Assembly (NCBI GenBank): GCA_013239625.1 | Contig: MU054323.1 | Span: 20,171,082-20,235,081, forward strand | Reading direction: 5' to 3' | DNA length: 64,000 nucleotides | Origin: Lama guanicoe | Taxonomy: Eukaryota | In this document: piece by piece, positions 14,747 to 26,260 of the stretch | Position numbering within the stretch: the first letter of the stretch is position 1 | How the letters are laid out: each line of letters starts with the position of its first letter | Notes under the pieces: generated by a model | Told to the model about the DNA's origin: nothing | The model's database searches: none | The model's input: only the letters and a program-made list of their open reading frames with translations | Made by a program: the position numbers and the translations under genes

Positions 14747-15368
14747 GATAAAAGAGAATGGAACTTACACGGAGGCACGAGGGAAGGGGGCGGGACACAA
14801 CCATTAAAAGAATGACACAACAATTAGCACCAAGATTCAACTCCCAGTAGACTGAGCTTCAGTGTACACTCACGAAAATACAGAAAATACAATAGCATGC
14901 TAAAGGACCACAACAGTTTCAAGGCTAACCATAAAAGGTGGAAAAGTGGGTGATGGCCCAGTTCCTGGGAATCCCAGCCCCTTCCCCAAAGTAGTCAGAA
15001 TAATCCTCCCACTTGTTTGCTTACAAAGTTACCTAGCCTTTCCCTCTCCCCAACTCTCCCTGTCTCTCTCTTTCTTCTCTCCCTCTCTCTCCTCTCTCTC
15101 TCTTGCCTTCCCAACAGCCCACACTTTTTTTATGGAGCGTGTAAATCTACTTTTGCTTTAAACACCCCTATGCCTTGTGGCCTCTCTGGCCTTCTGAGAA
15201 GGCTTCACTCTGTCTATTGAGTGTGTTATCTCTCTGAGTAAATCTACCTACACTCTACTGTGGCTTTCTCTTGAATTTTTCCCTGCATGAAGCCAAGGAC
15301 TCTCACTTGGTGGAGTGAGTCAAGACCTGGGACGTGGCCATCCTCTTGAGCCCCATTTTCCTGCATCA
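14747..15368 (+). mobile_element. Solo ERV1-class LTR, MER41-like
   Basis: gggggcgggac, agcatgctaaa, cagttcctgggaatccc..ccccttcccc...gaataatcctccc, cttgaatt..ccctgcatgaagccaaggac, ending in ca. Confidence 0.55.
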
Positions 15369-18300
15369 ACACAATAAGCTCTAATTTACCCTGTGTCTTT
15401 CCAAATACTTCTCTCTGTTGAATTTAAAGAAAAGTTTTGTAGGGAGCATGGATGCCCATGCTCTATTGTCAGCTCTGCAGGACCAGGAACTTTATATATT
15501 AATGTCAACTTAACTCATGGGAGACTGTTACAAAAACTAAAGTGCCAATGTATTAAAATTTAACCACTACTATCTTTCTTACTTAATGCAGGTATAACCG
15601 TGTTAGCTCCCCACTGCCTCTAGGCCCTATAGGATTAGGTCAAACTCCTTAGCCTGGCATTTAAAGTCTTTATAATCTGGCTTTGAACCAAGTTTCCAGT
15701 TGGTTCTCACATATCATACATATTCTTCCTATATGCTGTTCCCTCTGTCTGGAATGTCCTTTCTGACTCTACTAGGCAAAGTTTTTATTTTAATTGATGG
15801 TCCAGATCAAATATCACCTTCTCTCAAGGTTTTCTCTGACCAGCTCTGCCCCTCCAGCAGGCCATATTAATTGCCACCTATTCTGGGCAATTATGGCTTT
15901 TATTTTATTAAATTATAACTCATCATATACTAATTGCCTGCCTCTTCTATTGGATAGTGAGCTAGAAATCTATTTTATCCATCAAGGTAACCCAAGGTAC
16001 AGTACATCAAACTAAACATAAGACTGTCAAGAAATGTTGAACTGAATTGAACTTCTGCATTTGTATTTTCTGCAATTATTTCCTTTTCTCTCCTAAGTTC
16101 TTATAAAAGTTAATTTTGAAAATGTCAGCCTGTCTTAGCTGTCTTTAGAGGAAAGGAGGATAAGGGCATTTGTTCATGTGGGTACTGAGAAAAAGCACTT
16201 CCCTGGGGAGTGGGAATGGTGACTGCTGTGGAAATACAAGTGAGGGACCCCACTGGGAGGAAAAAACACAGCAGAAGAAGCCAGGCCAAATAACAACTGC
16301 TTCTTTCCACCAGGAAATTACTTTTTGAGATCCCTTCTTACCTCATATCTGGAGATTTCTTGCTATTGTAAATGGAGAGCCCTGCTTCCCTGTGTCCTTT
16401 CTGTGTAGGGTCTCCTCTACATTTGTGTGGAGCAGGTGAAGGACGGTTTCCTAATTGGGACCTGTCTCAGCTGAGATAAGAATCATGGTTGCCCAATATT
16501 CCGTCATCTTCCTTCCAGCTAATCAAAAGGTAAGGGTAATAACGTGGGCAAATATAGTAGAACAGATCTTGCAAGACGGGGAAATGGAGAAAAAAGCCAG
16601 AGGAATGAATCCAGCCTGACTTTATTCTGGTGTCTCCTACTTTCATTCCTACAGTGGCTCTCAAACCATCCCTTTGCTTCTCCATCTCCCGTCCCCTCCT
16701 CTGACCCCCAAGATTCCTGCAAACCCTTTAGATCTGGTCTGGAGAGGGAGCTGGGAGCTGACCGTGGAGGAGGACAGGGGCCCTCAGCCTTCCCTTATTA
16801 TCTGCATGGTGTTTACCAAGTCTTCAGCCTTGAAGTCATTTGTGGCACTCTCTGCTTTACTGAAGAGAAATGGATTTTACCTCAATTTCTGATTCCTGTT
16901 TAAATATTTAGTTTAATCAACACAGACCCAAGTGCCTTTTCCATTTCCCCTGATGCCTGGGAGCCAATCATAAATAATGCATCAGATTCCAGCAACATAC
17001 CATTGGCTGGGAGTCACTCCATCCCTCAAGTCTCAGGGCCTGCCCTCTGCTGCAACTGCTTTGGGAGAAGCTGGGCTACGATGGAGAAGTCAATCTTGGG
17101 CTTTGAAGGCTTCACCTCAAAGCTACTCCTGAGGGAGTGATGGTGACTGGCAAGCAGTCCCCACTCCAGCCCATATCTGAGGGGCCTTGTGAGGTGTGTG
17201 TGTTGGTGGGGAGAGTGGGAGAAGTGGGAAGAGGTGGGAACACCAAGGCCACAGACTGTGAGACTTCAGACTCTGTTTTTGAGGTTGCTCCGACCTGGTG
17301 AGAGGCTTCAGGCCACCTATAGAGAGGGTCCAAACTAGGTTCTGTGTGAGCGTGGAGCTCAGGATGAGGACACCAGATGCAAAGGGCAGCCAGATTAAGG
17401 GGCCCAGGAAGAAAGACTCCGTGAAATGTTGGAATTATTTTCTCCTACCTCCACCTCCAGAATTCTGGCTTCTGACAGGGACTCCACCCTCTATTCTAAG
17501 AACACAGTCCAAATTTTACCCCACTAAACCAGAAACATGTAGAGGAGGAGGTGGGCAGAGTCAGGGTTTCCAGGGGATGGACACTTGTCCCCTCTTACAG
17601 AAAGCAACCAGTGATGGGCTGGACAGGTGCTAGGTGTCCTTTGCTGAAATCTCACAAAGGTTAAACTGCCTGCAGGTGTCTTCTCTTTGGAGCCAGATCC
17701 TCCGTGCCCTGATCTGTGCAATTAAATGGGAAACACTGCATTAGTTATAATAATATGGTCCTGGCCTGGCTTCGTAAAAGCTCCTTGGGGCAGCTCTGTT
17801 CTGCTTGTGCTTTTTTCCTCCAAAACTTTGCAGAGATAAAAGGAAACATAAACAACAGTTTATTTATCCAGGAGTTCAAAGTTTAGCTTTGAGCCCTCCA
17901 ATATTTTCTGTCCTTTTTGAAATCAAGAGTGCAAATAAACTTCCCTCAGTGTCTTTTAGAAAGGGCAGCGGCTACAAATATGTGGCTAAAGATAAAAGTA
18001 GCTGATGAAAGGAGCAAATTCTAGTCTCCATTCCTCAGTCTGGCAGGGTTCACGAGCCCCCCCTTCTCTGCTCTTGGAGTCACCTACACCCTAGAACATC
18101 TAGGGCCAGAACCCTACCAGTTCCTTTTGAGCTGCCCAGGATTTGGACAGTCAGAGACCACCCAAAAAAAAGATGGCAGGGGAGTTGGCCTCTGAAGACC
18201 ACCATCTTGCCAAACCCAGTGATGGATTGGTTGCTCTGGTTTGTCACAGTTGGGCTCCTCCCTTTTTCACTTGGCTTCTGAGACCTGTACTCCTCAGGCT

Positions 18301-18519
18301 TTTTTCCTAGCTTCCTCATTACTCCTCAGTCCCCCTTGGTGGCTCTCCTCTTCTGGTCACTACTTGACTAGTTCTCAATCTTGGCTGCCCCTTAAAATCA
18401 CCTGAGGATTTTTTTCTCCTTGACGGAAAATCCCGACCTGCTCCGAACTAATTAAATTAGGATCTCTAGGGGTGGGGCCTAGCAGTTTCCTTGATGTAGC
18501 CAGGGTGCAGAACCGACCC

Positions 18520-19985
18520 CTGCCTTTAATGCTGGCTTGCCCCGGGGCTCAGGCTTCCATGCTGTTTTCCATCTATACCCTCTCCCACGTGACCTGACCA
18601 GTCCCCAGCTTCATGGGCTGTCTACGTAGTGGTGACTCCCAGATTTGCATTCTCAGTCTGGGCCTCTCTGCTAAGCTCCAGAGCTCGGTTGTCTATTTAA
18701 CACCTCCAAACAGGTATCTACAAACACCTGGAAGTACTAATGTCCATTGATTTTGTCCTCTCATCTCCTACATCCAATCCTTCAGCCAGGGCTATTGGCT
18801 TTCTTAAAAATCTCTCTCCATTGACCGCGTTGGCTATCATTCTATTCCAAGCCTTTGTTACCTCTCTCTTGAAGTATGTTAGCCTCTTAATAAGTCTCTG
18901 TGTTTCCATACCACACAGTCCATCCCCTGTACAGCAGCCTAAGTGATTTTTTTTAACTTTCAGTAGGCTTTCTTTCCAGTTATGATATTACACAGAGCAT
19001 CACTTACAACCAAGAAACTTTAAGATGAAAAAATGCAGTAAGTGGCTTTATTTAAGATGAAAAAATGCAGCTAGTGGCTTATACTCATAGAATTCACTGG
19101 TCTTACCGTGTGCCTCGTGACCAGGATGTAGTTCATCTGAAAGAAAGCTGAATGGCCTATGAAAAAGTTACAGTATTGGGGATGAAGAAGAACTACAGAC
19201 TACACGATTGGATGTTGTTCAATATGATCTCAGAACTACAGTTTGAGTCGGAAGGAGTCTCTTTCACTGTTACATCAAGTGAAACACAGGAGGAGTTTTG
19301 GTTTTTCATCACGATAAACTTTGGATTGATAACTTTTGAATTCCTAGTGCCCAGAGGAGGTTTCATGCCTGCAGAGAAGTCATGCTTTTTTAAAATTAGA
19401 AGTCCAGACTGGCCCCTTCCTCTTTTGTGTTCCTCATATTCCAGGTGATCTTTTAAAAACATAAATCAGATCCCTGTCACTTTTATGTTTAATAGCTTTC
19501 AAAGGCTTCCCATTACACTTTGAATAAAATTCAAACAATTTACCATGGCTACCAGGCCCTACAGTATCCAACTCTACTCACCTCCCTGACCTCATCTCCC
19601 ACTCACACTGGCTTTCCTAGGTCTGGATCAGGTCAGGCTGAGTCTTGATTTGGGGAATTTGCACTTGCTGTTCCCTTGCCTAGAATGTTGCTTCCCACAT
19701 GTCCCAGTGGTTCACTCCATCCTATCATGAGGCCTCTTTTCAGTTCTTACCACATCTAAGAGGACTTCTCTGACCACCATCATCACTTTTTGTTTCCTTA
19801 TCCTGACTTAATTTCTCTAGAACATTTACCGCTGTGTACTGGCATGTCTACTCATCGATTTACTTGCTCATTCTCTGCCTTCTCCCCTAGAATACCAGCT
19901 CTAGGGGGACAGCTGATTTGCCTATCTTATTCACGGGTGTAACCTCAATGCTTTTAACAGTGCTCATGACCTATTTGTTGAATGA
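18520..19985 (+). mobile_element. L2 LINE 3' remnant, interrupted by the ERVL fragment
   Basis: gtgactcccagatttgcattctcag...cagcagcc..gtgat...ggcttcccattacac...gcacttgctgttccc..gcctagaatg...tatttgttgaatgaa. Confidence 0.75.
18960..19440 (+). mobile_element. Degenerate ERVL internal fragment (integrase to dUTPase region)
   Basis: ctcatagaattcactggtcttaccgtgtgcc...gaatggcctatgaa resembles the ERVL integrase HGIHWSYHVP..NGLLK segment. ttcctagtgcccagaggagg resembles the downstream dUTPase start. Confidence 0.65.
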
Positions 19986-20467
19986 AAGGGCATTTTTGTA
20001 GGCAAGTCTTATCTTCTTAGTATCCCCCGCGCCATACAAGGGTCGATTTGAAAAACCAGAGTGCTTCCTGACAAAGAAACCCAATTAAGGGGTTAATTGG
20101 TGCATTATCTTATTGGAAATCAGCTCTTGTTCATCGGAACGTGTGATATCTCACAGGTGAGTTGGGGAAGAAAAAATTTGGGATGTTTCCTTTGGCCCTT
20201 AGCTAAGGGACATAGCATCTGGGTGCTTTTTTTCTCTTAGCACTAAGCCAACCATGTCAGCTGGAAGGAGAGACAAACTGAGACGAGATTAAATTGAGCT
20301 CTGTCTGAAAGCTTTGAGCAGGACTTAATGGAGTGGTGTTGGGCCCCCTCTGTGTATCTCTCATTTATTCTTTTATTCCACTTCCATGTTCCTTAGTCTC
20401 TGCATACAGTGCTCAGTGTTTTCTGGCTGAATCTATGTTTACTTAAAATTGAGTGGTGGTTACCATC

Positions 20468-20925
20468 TGTATTAGTCCCTAGGGCTGCCGTAACAAATTA
20501 CCACAATTTAGGTGGCTTCAAATAATAGAAATTTGTTCTGAACAGTTATAAGGGCCAGAAGCCAGAAATAAAGGTGCTGGCAAAGTTGGTTCCTTCTGGG
20601 GGCTATGAGGGAGAATCCATTCCATGCCTCTCCCCCAGTATCTGGTAGTTGCTGGCAATCTTTGGCATTGCCTTGGCTTATAGCTCATAACACCAATCTT
20701 TGCCTCAGCCTTCACATGCCTTCTCCTCTTCACTCTGTGCCCTCTCTTCTTCTGTCTCATATAAGGACACTTGTCGTTGGCTATAGGGCCCACTCTAATC
20801 CAGGATGATCTCATCTCTAGATCCTTAACTAATTTCACCTGCAATTACTCTTTTTCTAAATAAGGTCACATTCACAGGTTACAGATGGATATATATTTTG
20901 GGGGACCACCTTTCCACCCATTATG
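20468..20925 (-). mobile_element. MLT1C-like MaLR LTR
   Basis: tgtattagtccctagggctgccgtaacaaattaccaca...gggagaatccattccatgcctctc...aaataaggtcacattcacagg. Confidence 0.85.
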
Positions 20926-21535
20926 CCACCTTAGAGGCAAGAGGGTGAGGTAGGGAATAGTCAGAGTTGCTTTTTCAGGTGGTGTCCCTTCCCTTCTCCT
21001 GTTCTTTTCATTCCCCACCCCAGCTGCTTTTTACGTGCTGGGAGCACAACCTTCTCTCTCTAGCTGAGAATTTTGCCTGTGACATCTCACAGTCCTGGGC
21101 ATTGCCCCTTGTCTTCACCATCTGTCTTGGTCAGTGACTTGTGAGGCTCTCTGCCCATGACCTGCCTGTTTGCACATTTGGACCTGGACTCTGATCTCCT
21201 GAACCTGGACCGGCTAAACCTGTTTTCTCCCAAGCAGGAGGACTCAGGAAACCTGCTTCTTCCCCTGGGGCCAGGGTTTGGCTTACTCCTCAGACAGGAC
21301 AGACTGGGATCTGCCCTAATGGTGACACAGAAGAGGGTATTTCTAGCCCAGATCTCTCAAACTCCAGGCCTGTACAACCACCTCTTTCCTAAAGAGGAAA
21401 CATACACTTGCATGTTTCCAAAGGCACCTTGAACACAACCTGTCTAAAACTGACCTTGTCAACCACCCCTCTTCCCCCAACTTGCCTCTACTCTTATATT
21501 TTCTACTCACTGAATCACACCCAATTGCTCATAAC

Positions 21536-21724
21536 TTTCTTTTATTTGGGGGGTGGGGGTGGGGGATGAAGTAATTATGTCCATTTATTTATTCATTATT
21601 TTTTAGTATAAGTGCTGCCAAAGCAAGCACTATTTGTTATTTCTTAATGGAGGTGCTGGGGATTGAGCCCAGGACATTATGCATGCTAAGCATGCACTTT
21701 ACCACTGAGTTATACACCACCCCA
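21536..21724 (-). mobile_element. vic-1 type SINE containing the nested U6 fragment
   Basis: ggggattgagcccagg...gcatgctaagcatgcac..taccactgagttatac head and a G-run/T-rich tail. Confidence 0.85.
21601..21630 (-). pseudogene. 3'-truncated U6 snRNA retropseudogene (first 30 nt)
   Basis: The minus strand reads GTGCTTGCTTTGGCAGCACTTATACTAAAA against U6 GTGCTCGCTTCGGCAGCACATATACTAAAA (27/30, two CpG transitions). Flanked by a near-duplicate tattcattatt/tatttgttatt. Confidence 0.9.
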
Positions 21725-24700
21725 CTCCAAGTGCTACCTTTTTACTCCATGCCTCCCCAAAGGCACCAGATCCTGTGGCTCCAACCCCCTAAGTCTCTCC
21801 CAAACCCACCTACAGCTCTCATATTCCATTGCCTCTACTCTAGGTCATCATCCCTTTTCACCAACCTGCCAACTGATCTCACGGCCTGGACTCTCTACCT
21901 TCTCCAGTCTACTCTTTGCTGCGGCCTTAGTCATCCTACAAACACTCCCTGTTGTGTCCCTTCAACACTTCCCATTGCCTTTTGGGATTTTTTCTTTTTA
22001 GGATTTTTTTCCTGACCCCATATCCTATCCTGTCCAGCCTTCTCCCATTCAAAACCACAGGACTCCAGCATTTCGTAGGATAAAATAAGGAAGTACTTAG
22101 TCAGTTAGGGTAACCTTCCAGAAGCTCATCTCTGTCCACATTGTGACTTCCAGTCCCTTTTCTACTACCTGGAGGCGATGCTGTCACTAGAGAAGGAACC
22201 TCCTTGTGAATACAATCAAATGGCTGAGCCTGCTCCCCTTTGAGGGCATGAGAGAATCATGGAATCCCAGAAAATACACTTCCAAAAATCAAGACGTTCT
22301 GGGTTTGGTCCTGGGTTTCATGCTTTTAGGACAGGATCAATGGAAGGAGAATTTCCATGGCTGAAGAAGCTAGGAAACTCTGCCCCCGGTTTCCTTTCCC
22401 TTTAGGGGCTCCATTGCCTTGATTCTTGCTGTCACTTGCCAACCTTTCTCCTGGGATACAGTCCTCAACTTTTAAAACCCAGGACCACCTTGGAATAGCT
22501 GAGACAAACTGGCCTTTTCCCAAAAGAATTTTACTAACAACATAAGTTAAAGAAAGGTGGGGGGTGGGGGGAGAGAGAAAAACAAATCAAAGAAAACACA
22601 AAGGACAAGATACAGTAATTTATCCAAAGACTGATGTCTGGTTTCAGATTAATTACATTTTAGACCCCCAGGCTTCTTTCTTGAGCTCAATATCGCAAAG
22701 CTCCCAGACTCTGGCCAGTTGTATCTTATTTTTCTGCATGTATAAAAACTCCATCCTGATGTTGAGACAAAAACCAACTCTGTCTTATCTATAGCTTTCT
22801 TGCAACATCCACTTTTTTTTTTTCAGCTGAACTGTGGGATGCTGGGGACTGCACAGGGAACATTCTGGACCTTTTGGCAATCCTTTATCATGGTTCTTTA
22901 ATCATAGCAGCTATGTCAGGAAATTTGACCCATAGGAAGGTGGGATTTGCCCTTGGGATTTCTGGCATGATCTGAGAGACACCTCTTTCTTAATAATGAG
23001 GATGGCCAGAATAGAGAGAAGGGACCTAATAAGTATGAAGCTTAACATGTGCCCAACACTTTTGTATATTTCAGTTTTTAGCATAAGCCTTTGCCATTGG
23101 AATCAATCACTAGTTATAATTTACAGAATTTGAAGATCAGAGGGGTTAAGCAACTTGCTCAAGGTCTTAAAGCTGAACAACCAAACTAGGAGTGCAGTTT
23201 GGTTTGGTTGATGATGTTTGTGATCTGAACCATGCAGCCTGAGGAGGTAGAGTGCCTTTGCTTTCTTTGAAGGTACAGACCTTCCCATCCTTCTTTGTTT
23301 ACTTGTTGTTGTTTTCTTTCAATGTACAAACATTTGCTGAACTCCTTTATGTGCAGCACACCTCTTTAATATTAGGAGGTGAAAAGTTTTATAGATGAAG
23401 TCCCTGCATTCAGCTCTGCACCTGGTTCTCTATGTTGAATCCATCATTCACGGGGCACTTATTCTTTCAGATATTGAGCACCTATTAAGTAAAAGACATT
23501 GGCCCAGAAGCTGGAGATAAAAAAGTTTAAATACATGGAATCTAGAGGAAGGAAAGAACATAGGTTCCTCATTACCTTCTGCTCCTCACTCCCCCGACCC
23601 CTCACCCAGATCTCTGAGGCCTTTCATGAGGGGGGGGGGTGGGGGGGGGCTTCTGGATAAGGCTGTTCCTAAGGGGAGGAGGTAGGTATGAATGGAGGGA
23701 GTTTTCTTGGCACTGTTTGCCCATTTATTGTGGTTAGTACCAGGTAAGGTGCACAAAACTGGGGAAATGAGTCAGACAAGGAACTAATGGAAATATGGAA
23801 ATATTTTTGAAAGGTAGAAATTACTCATTTATTTAAAAATAATGGGGAAACCCCTTAATAGAGCTTGTGATTATCATTCCTTTGCAGTTTATGGTTTCCA
23901 GGTGTCCTTTTCATTTGGAGAAAGGCTTCCTGGTTTAGAGAATTCTAGGTCATAGGAAAGGGCTGAATTATCCGAATACTGCTGCCAGTTTATGGTTTGA
24001 CTTCAGTTAAATTATTCAACCTATTTATGTGTCAGCTCAGAAACCGAGAGAGTCATGTCAGATACATCACACAATACATTTTCTGTGGGATCTCCAGTAG
24101 AAGGATTATGATAAATAACAGCTATGTAGTGTGCATAACAGAACACTTTTGCTTTTTGTCTCTAGGTCAAAAGAACTGATGCAGGATCACAATTCGACTT
24201 ATGGCATAAAAACCTTTGGGAATCTGAAACTTCCTGGAGTTAAAACAAAAAAAACAACAAGCACCTGTTATTTGCATAGTGCTCTATTCTGAATGATTTA
24301 CAAAGCATTTTAAGATATCACAACTGATCCTTACCCCACCTGTGAAGTGGAATTAGTGTCCCCATTTTATACTTGAAGAAACTTAGGCAACACAGTCAAT
24401 CAAGGTAATTCAGGCAAAGGTGATTTATTTTTTATTTTATTTTTTACTTTCCCTCAGCTATCTAGAATAATTTTTTTTTCACCTCAATAATTTGTGGTAA
24501 TGAACCATCACAAATGCTATCACCAGACAAACAAAACACAGTCTTCTTTTCCGGGGATACACCCCATCCCTGCACAGACCTCAAAACCAGAGTTAACAAT
24601 GCACATCTGTAAATCACCAGAACTCCAAACAACCCACAACAGTTAGGGATCATCTTCATGTTTATTATACAACATTGTCTGGGAGTAGTTTGGAATGGAT

Positions 24701-25079
24701 TGGCTTCTCTAAAGAAATTTGTTTGTGTTCATTTGGGGAAGAGCCAGCTCAGATCCAAGTCTATTTGGTTCTTTGTTTGTGTTAGGGTATGGACGCTGAG
24801 AAAACAGGGGTTGTCCAGAGAATTCGCACGGGAAAATAACTTTAATAGCTTTAGGCACATAACCAGTTAACAGTCCATCAATAGAAAGCTGATTGGCATT
24901 CTCTCTTCCTTTGGGGGGTTGTGGTGATGCTAAACTGTCTGGCCCGGTTCCCCTTCAAGCAAAGGAAGACCCCCCCCTCCTCTAATGGTCTCTTCTCCCA
25001 ACTAGGCAGCACTGCCTATAGGGCCTGTCTAGAGGCAGGCCCTCTAGGTGTGGGGGAATGGGGTTCTGTTCAGCCTAGT

Positions 25080-26260
25080 TTTGGGGTAATCGCGGATGGA
25101 TCTGCCAATGCAGTTACTGCAGACTTAGATGGGGGCCCGTTTTTTCCGGCCTGGTCCACAGCTAGGTTTCTGCCTGGGGAAGCTGAGAGCACCTGGGGTC
25201 GTCCTGGTCCTTCGGCCTGCGGGCTCCAGGCCTGCAGTATTAACATCACCACGAGAAAAGCGCCGTGCTGCGAGCACTTATTTGCATCCAAGTGTTTGCA
25301 CTGAGACAGGGGCTCACGTGTTCGACGTCACACAGACTGGGGCTCTCCAGGGACAGAAGCTGGGAGGAAGCCCTGTCTCGGGGTGGGCAGGTGCCAGGGT
25401 ACGCAGGCTGGGGCGGTAGGGGTTCCGGAGAGGCTGGGCCCTTGCCGCCACCCTGATTCTCTTATAGCCCCTGGTCCGTATTTGCGGGTGCAGGCCTCAG
25501 TTTGGGCCAGGACCCCTGCCCAAGACCCTCCACTTCCAGCAAGATTCCCCGAACCGTCCCCCTCCCCAATTCCCTGCTGGCCCCATAGCGTTCCAGCCTC
25601 CCCGGGCCCAGCCACTCAGCCTCGCTAGCCCAGCGCTGGGGGAGGGCACCTGCCCCCACCCCTCGGCGTCCCCTCCCCCTCTGCCAGCCACGCCCTAGAT
25701 TCAATCCCGGCACCTGGCAAACATTCATCCCTCTTCAGTTTCAAAAACAACATTTTTTGGAGCACACATTATGTCCAAGACCCTGTTCTGGGCTTCTTTT
25801 CTTAGGGCACATTTTTTTCCCAAGATTTCCTTCAGGTCTTGTGAGTGAGCCAAAGTTCTAGGACTAATGTCTGTCCTTCAAATGCTCCACATTCAGCAAT
25901 TGTCTGGCCATGGTCCCCAGGCAGTGCTGACCCGTGACTTGGTTTCCATGAGACTGAGGCAAAAACTATTCGACTGAGACAAATACAATACCCCGCCCAG
26001 GGTTTTAGGGCCAGGCCTGCACTTGGGGGTATGAATTATTAGACGCCCCCCCACCATGAAACCCCGTTTGGGTAGGGGCCGTCGAGCCCCCTAAGAGGGT
26101 GGTCTTTTCTCGCGTTGCTTCTAGGCAGTAGGTAGTTGGAGAGGGTGGGAGCAACATCCCCCTCCTCTACTCCTCCCCTCCATTGGGAGTGGGGGTGGGG
26201 GCGGGGGCGATGGGGGCCCAGCCGGGGGCCCAGCTGGTTAGGCCTGTTTGTGGGGACAGG
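25080..26260. promoter_or_regulatory. GC/CpG-enriched region, likely MTA3 promoter flank or weak CpG island
   Basis: Highest local GC and CpG density in the window (roughly 30 CpG in 25080-25710 by hand count). Has an E-box CACGTG and CRE-like GACGTCA at 25315-25330 and GC boxes. Lies 1-2 kb upstream of exon 2, where base composition switches to AT-rich. Confidence 0.6.
26056..26071 (+). CDS. Candidate alternative first coding exon of MTA3 (MKPRL + 1 nt)
   Basis: ccaccATG Kozak context, 16 coding nt, then G|gtaggg donor. Phase 1 matches exon 2. No transcript evidence is available. Confidence 0.25.

Noticed and set aside
19152..19448. 98-aa ORF over the ERVL fragment as a domesticated retroviral gene
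   Set aside because: Short, surrounded by frameshifted and duplicated decayed sequence, and with no intact integrase or dUTPase motifs.
23630..23649. Long G run as a functional G-quadruplex
   Set aside because: It is a simple homopolymer with no supporting context, and its length is unreliable in assemblies.
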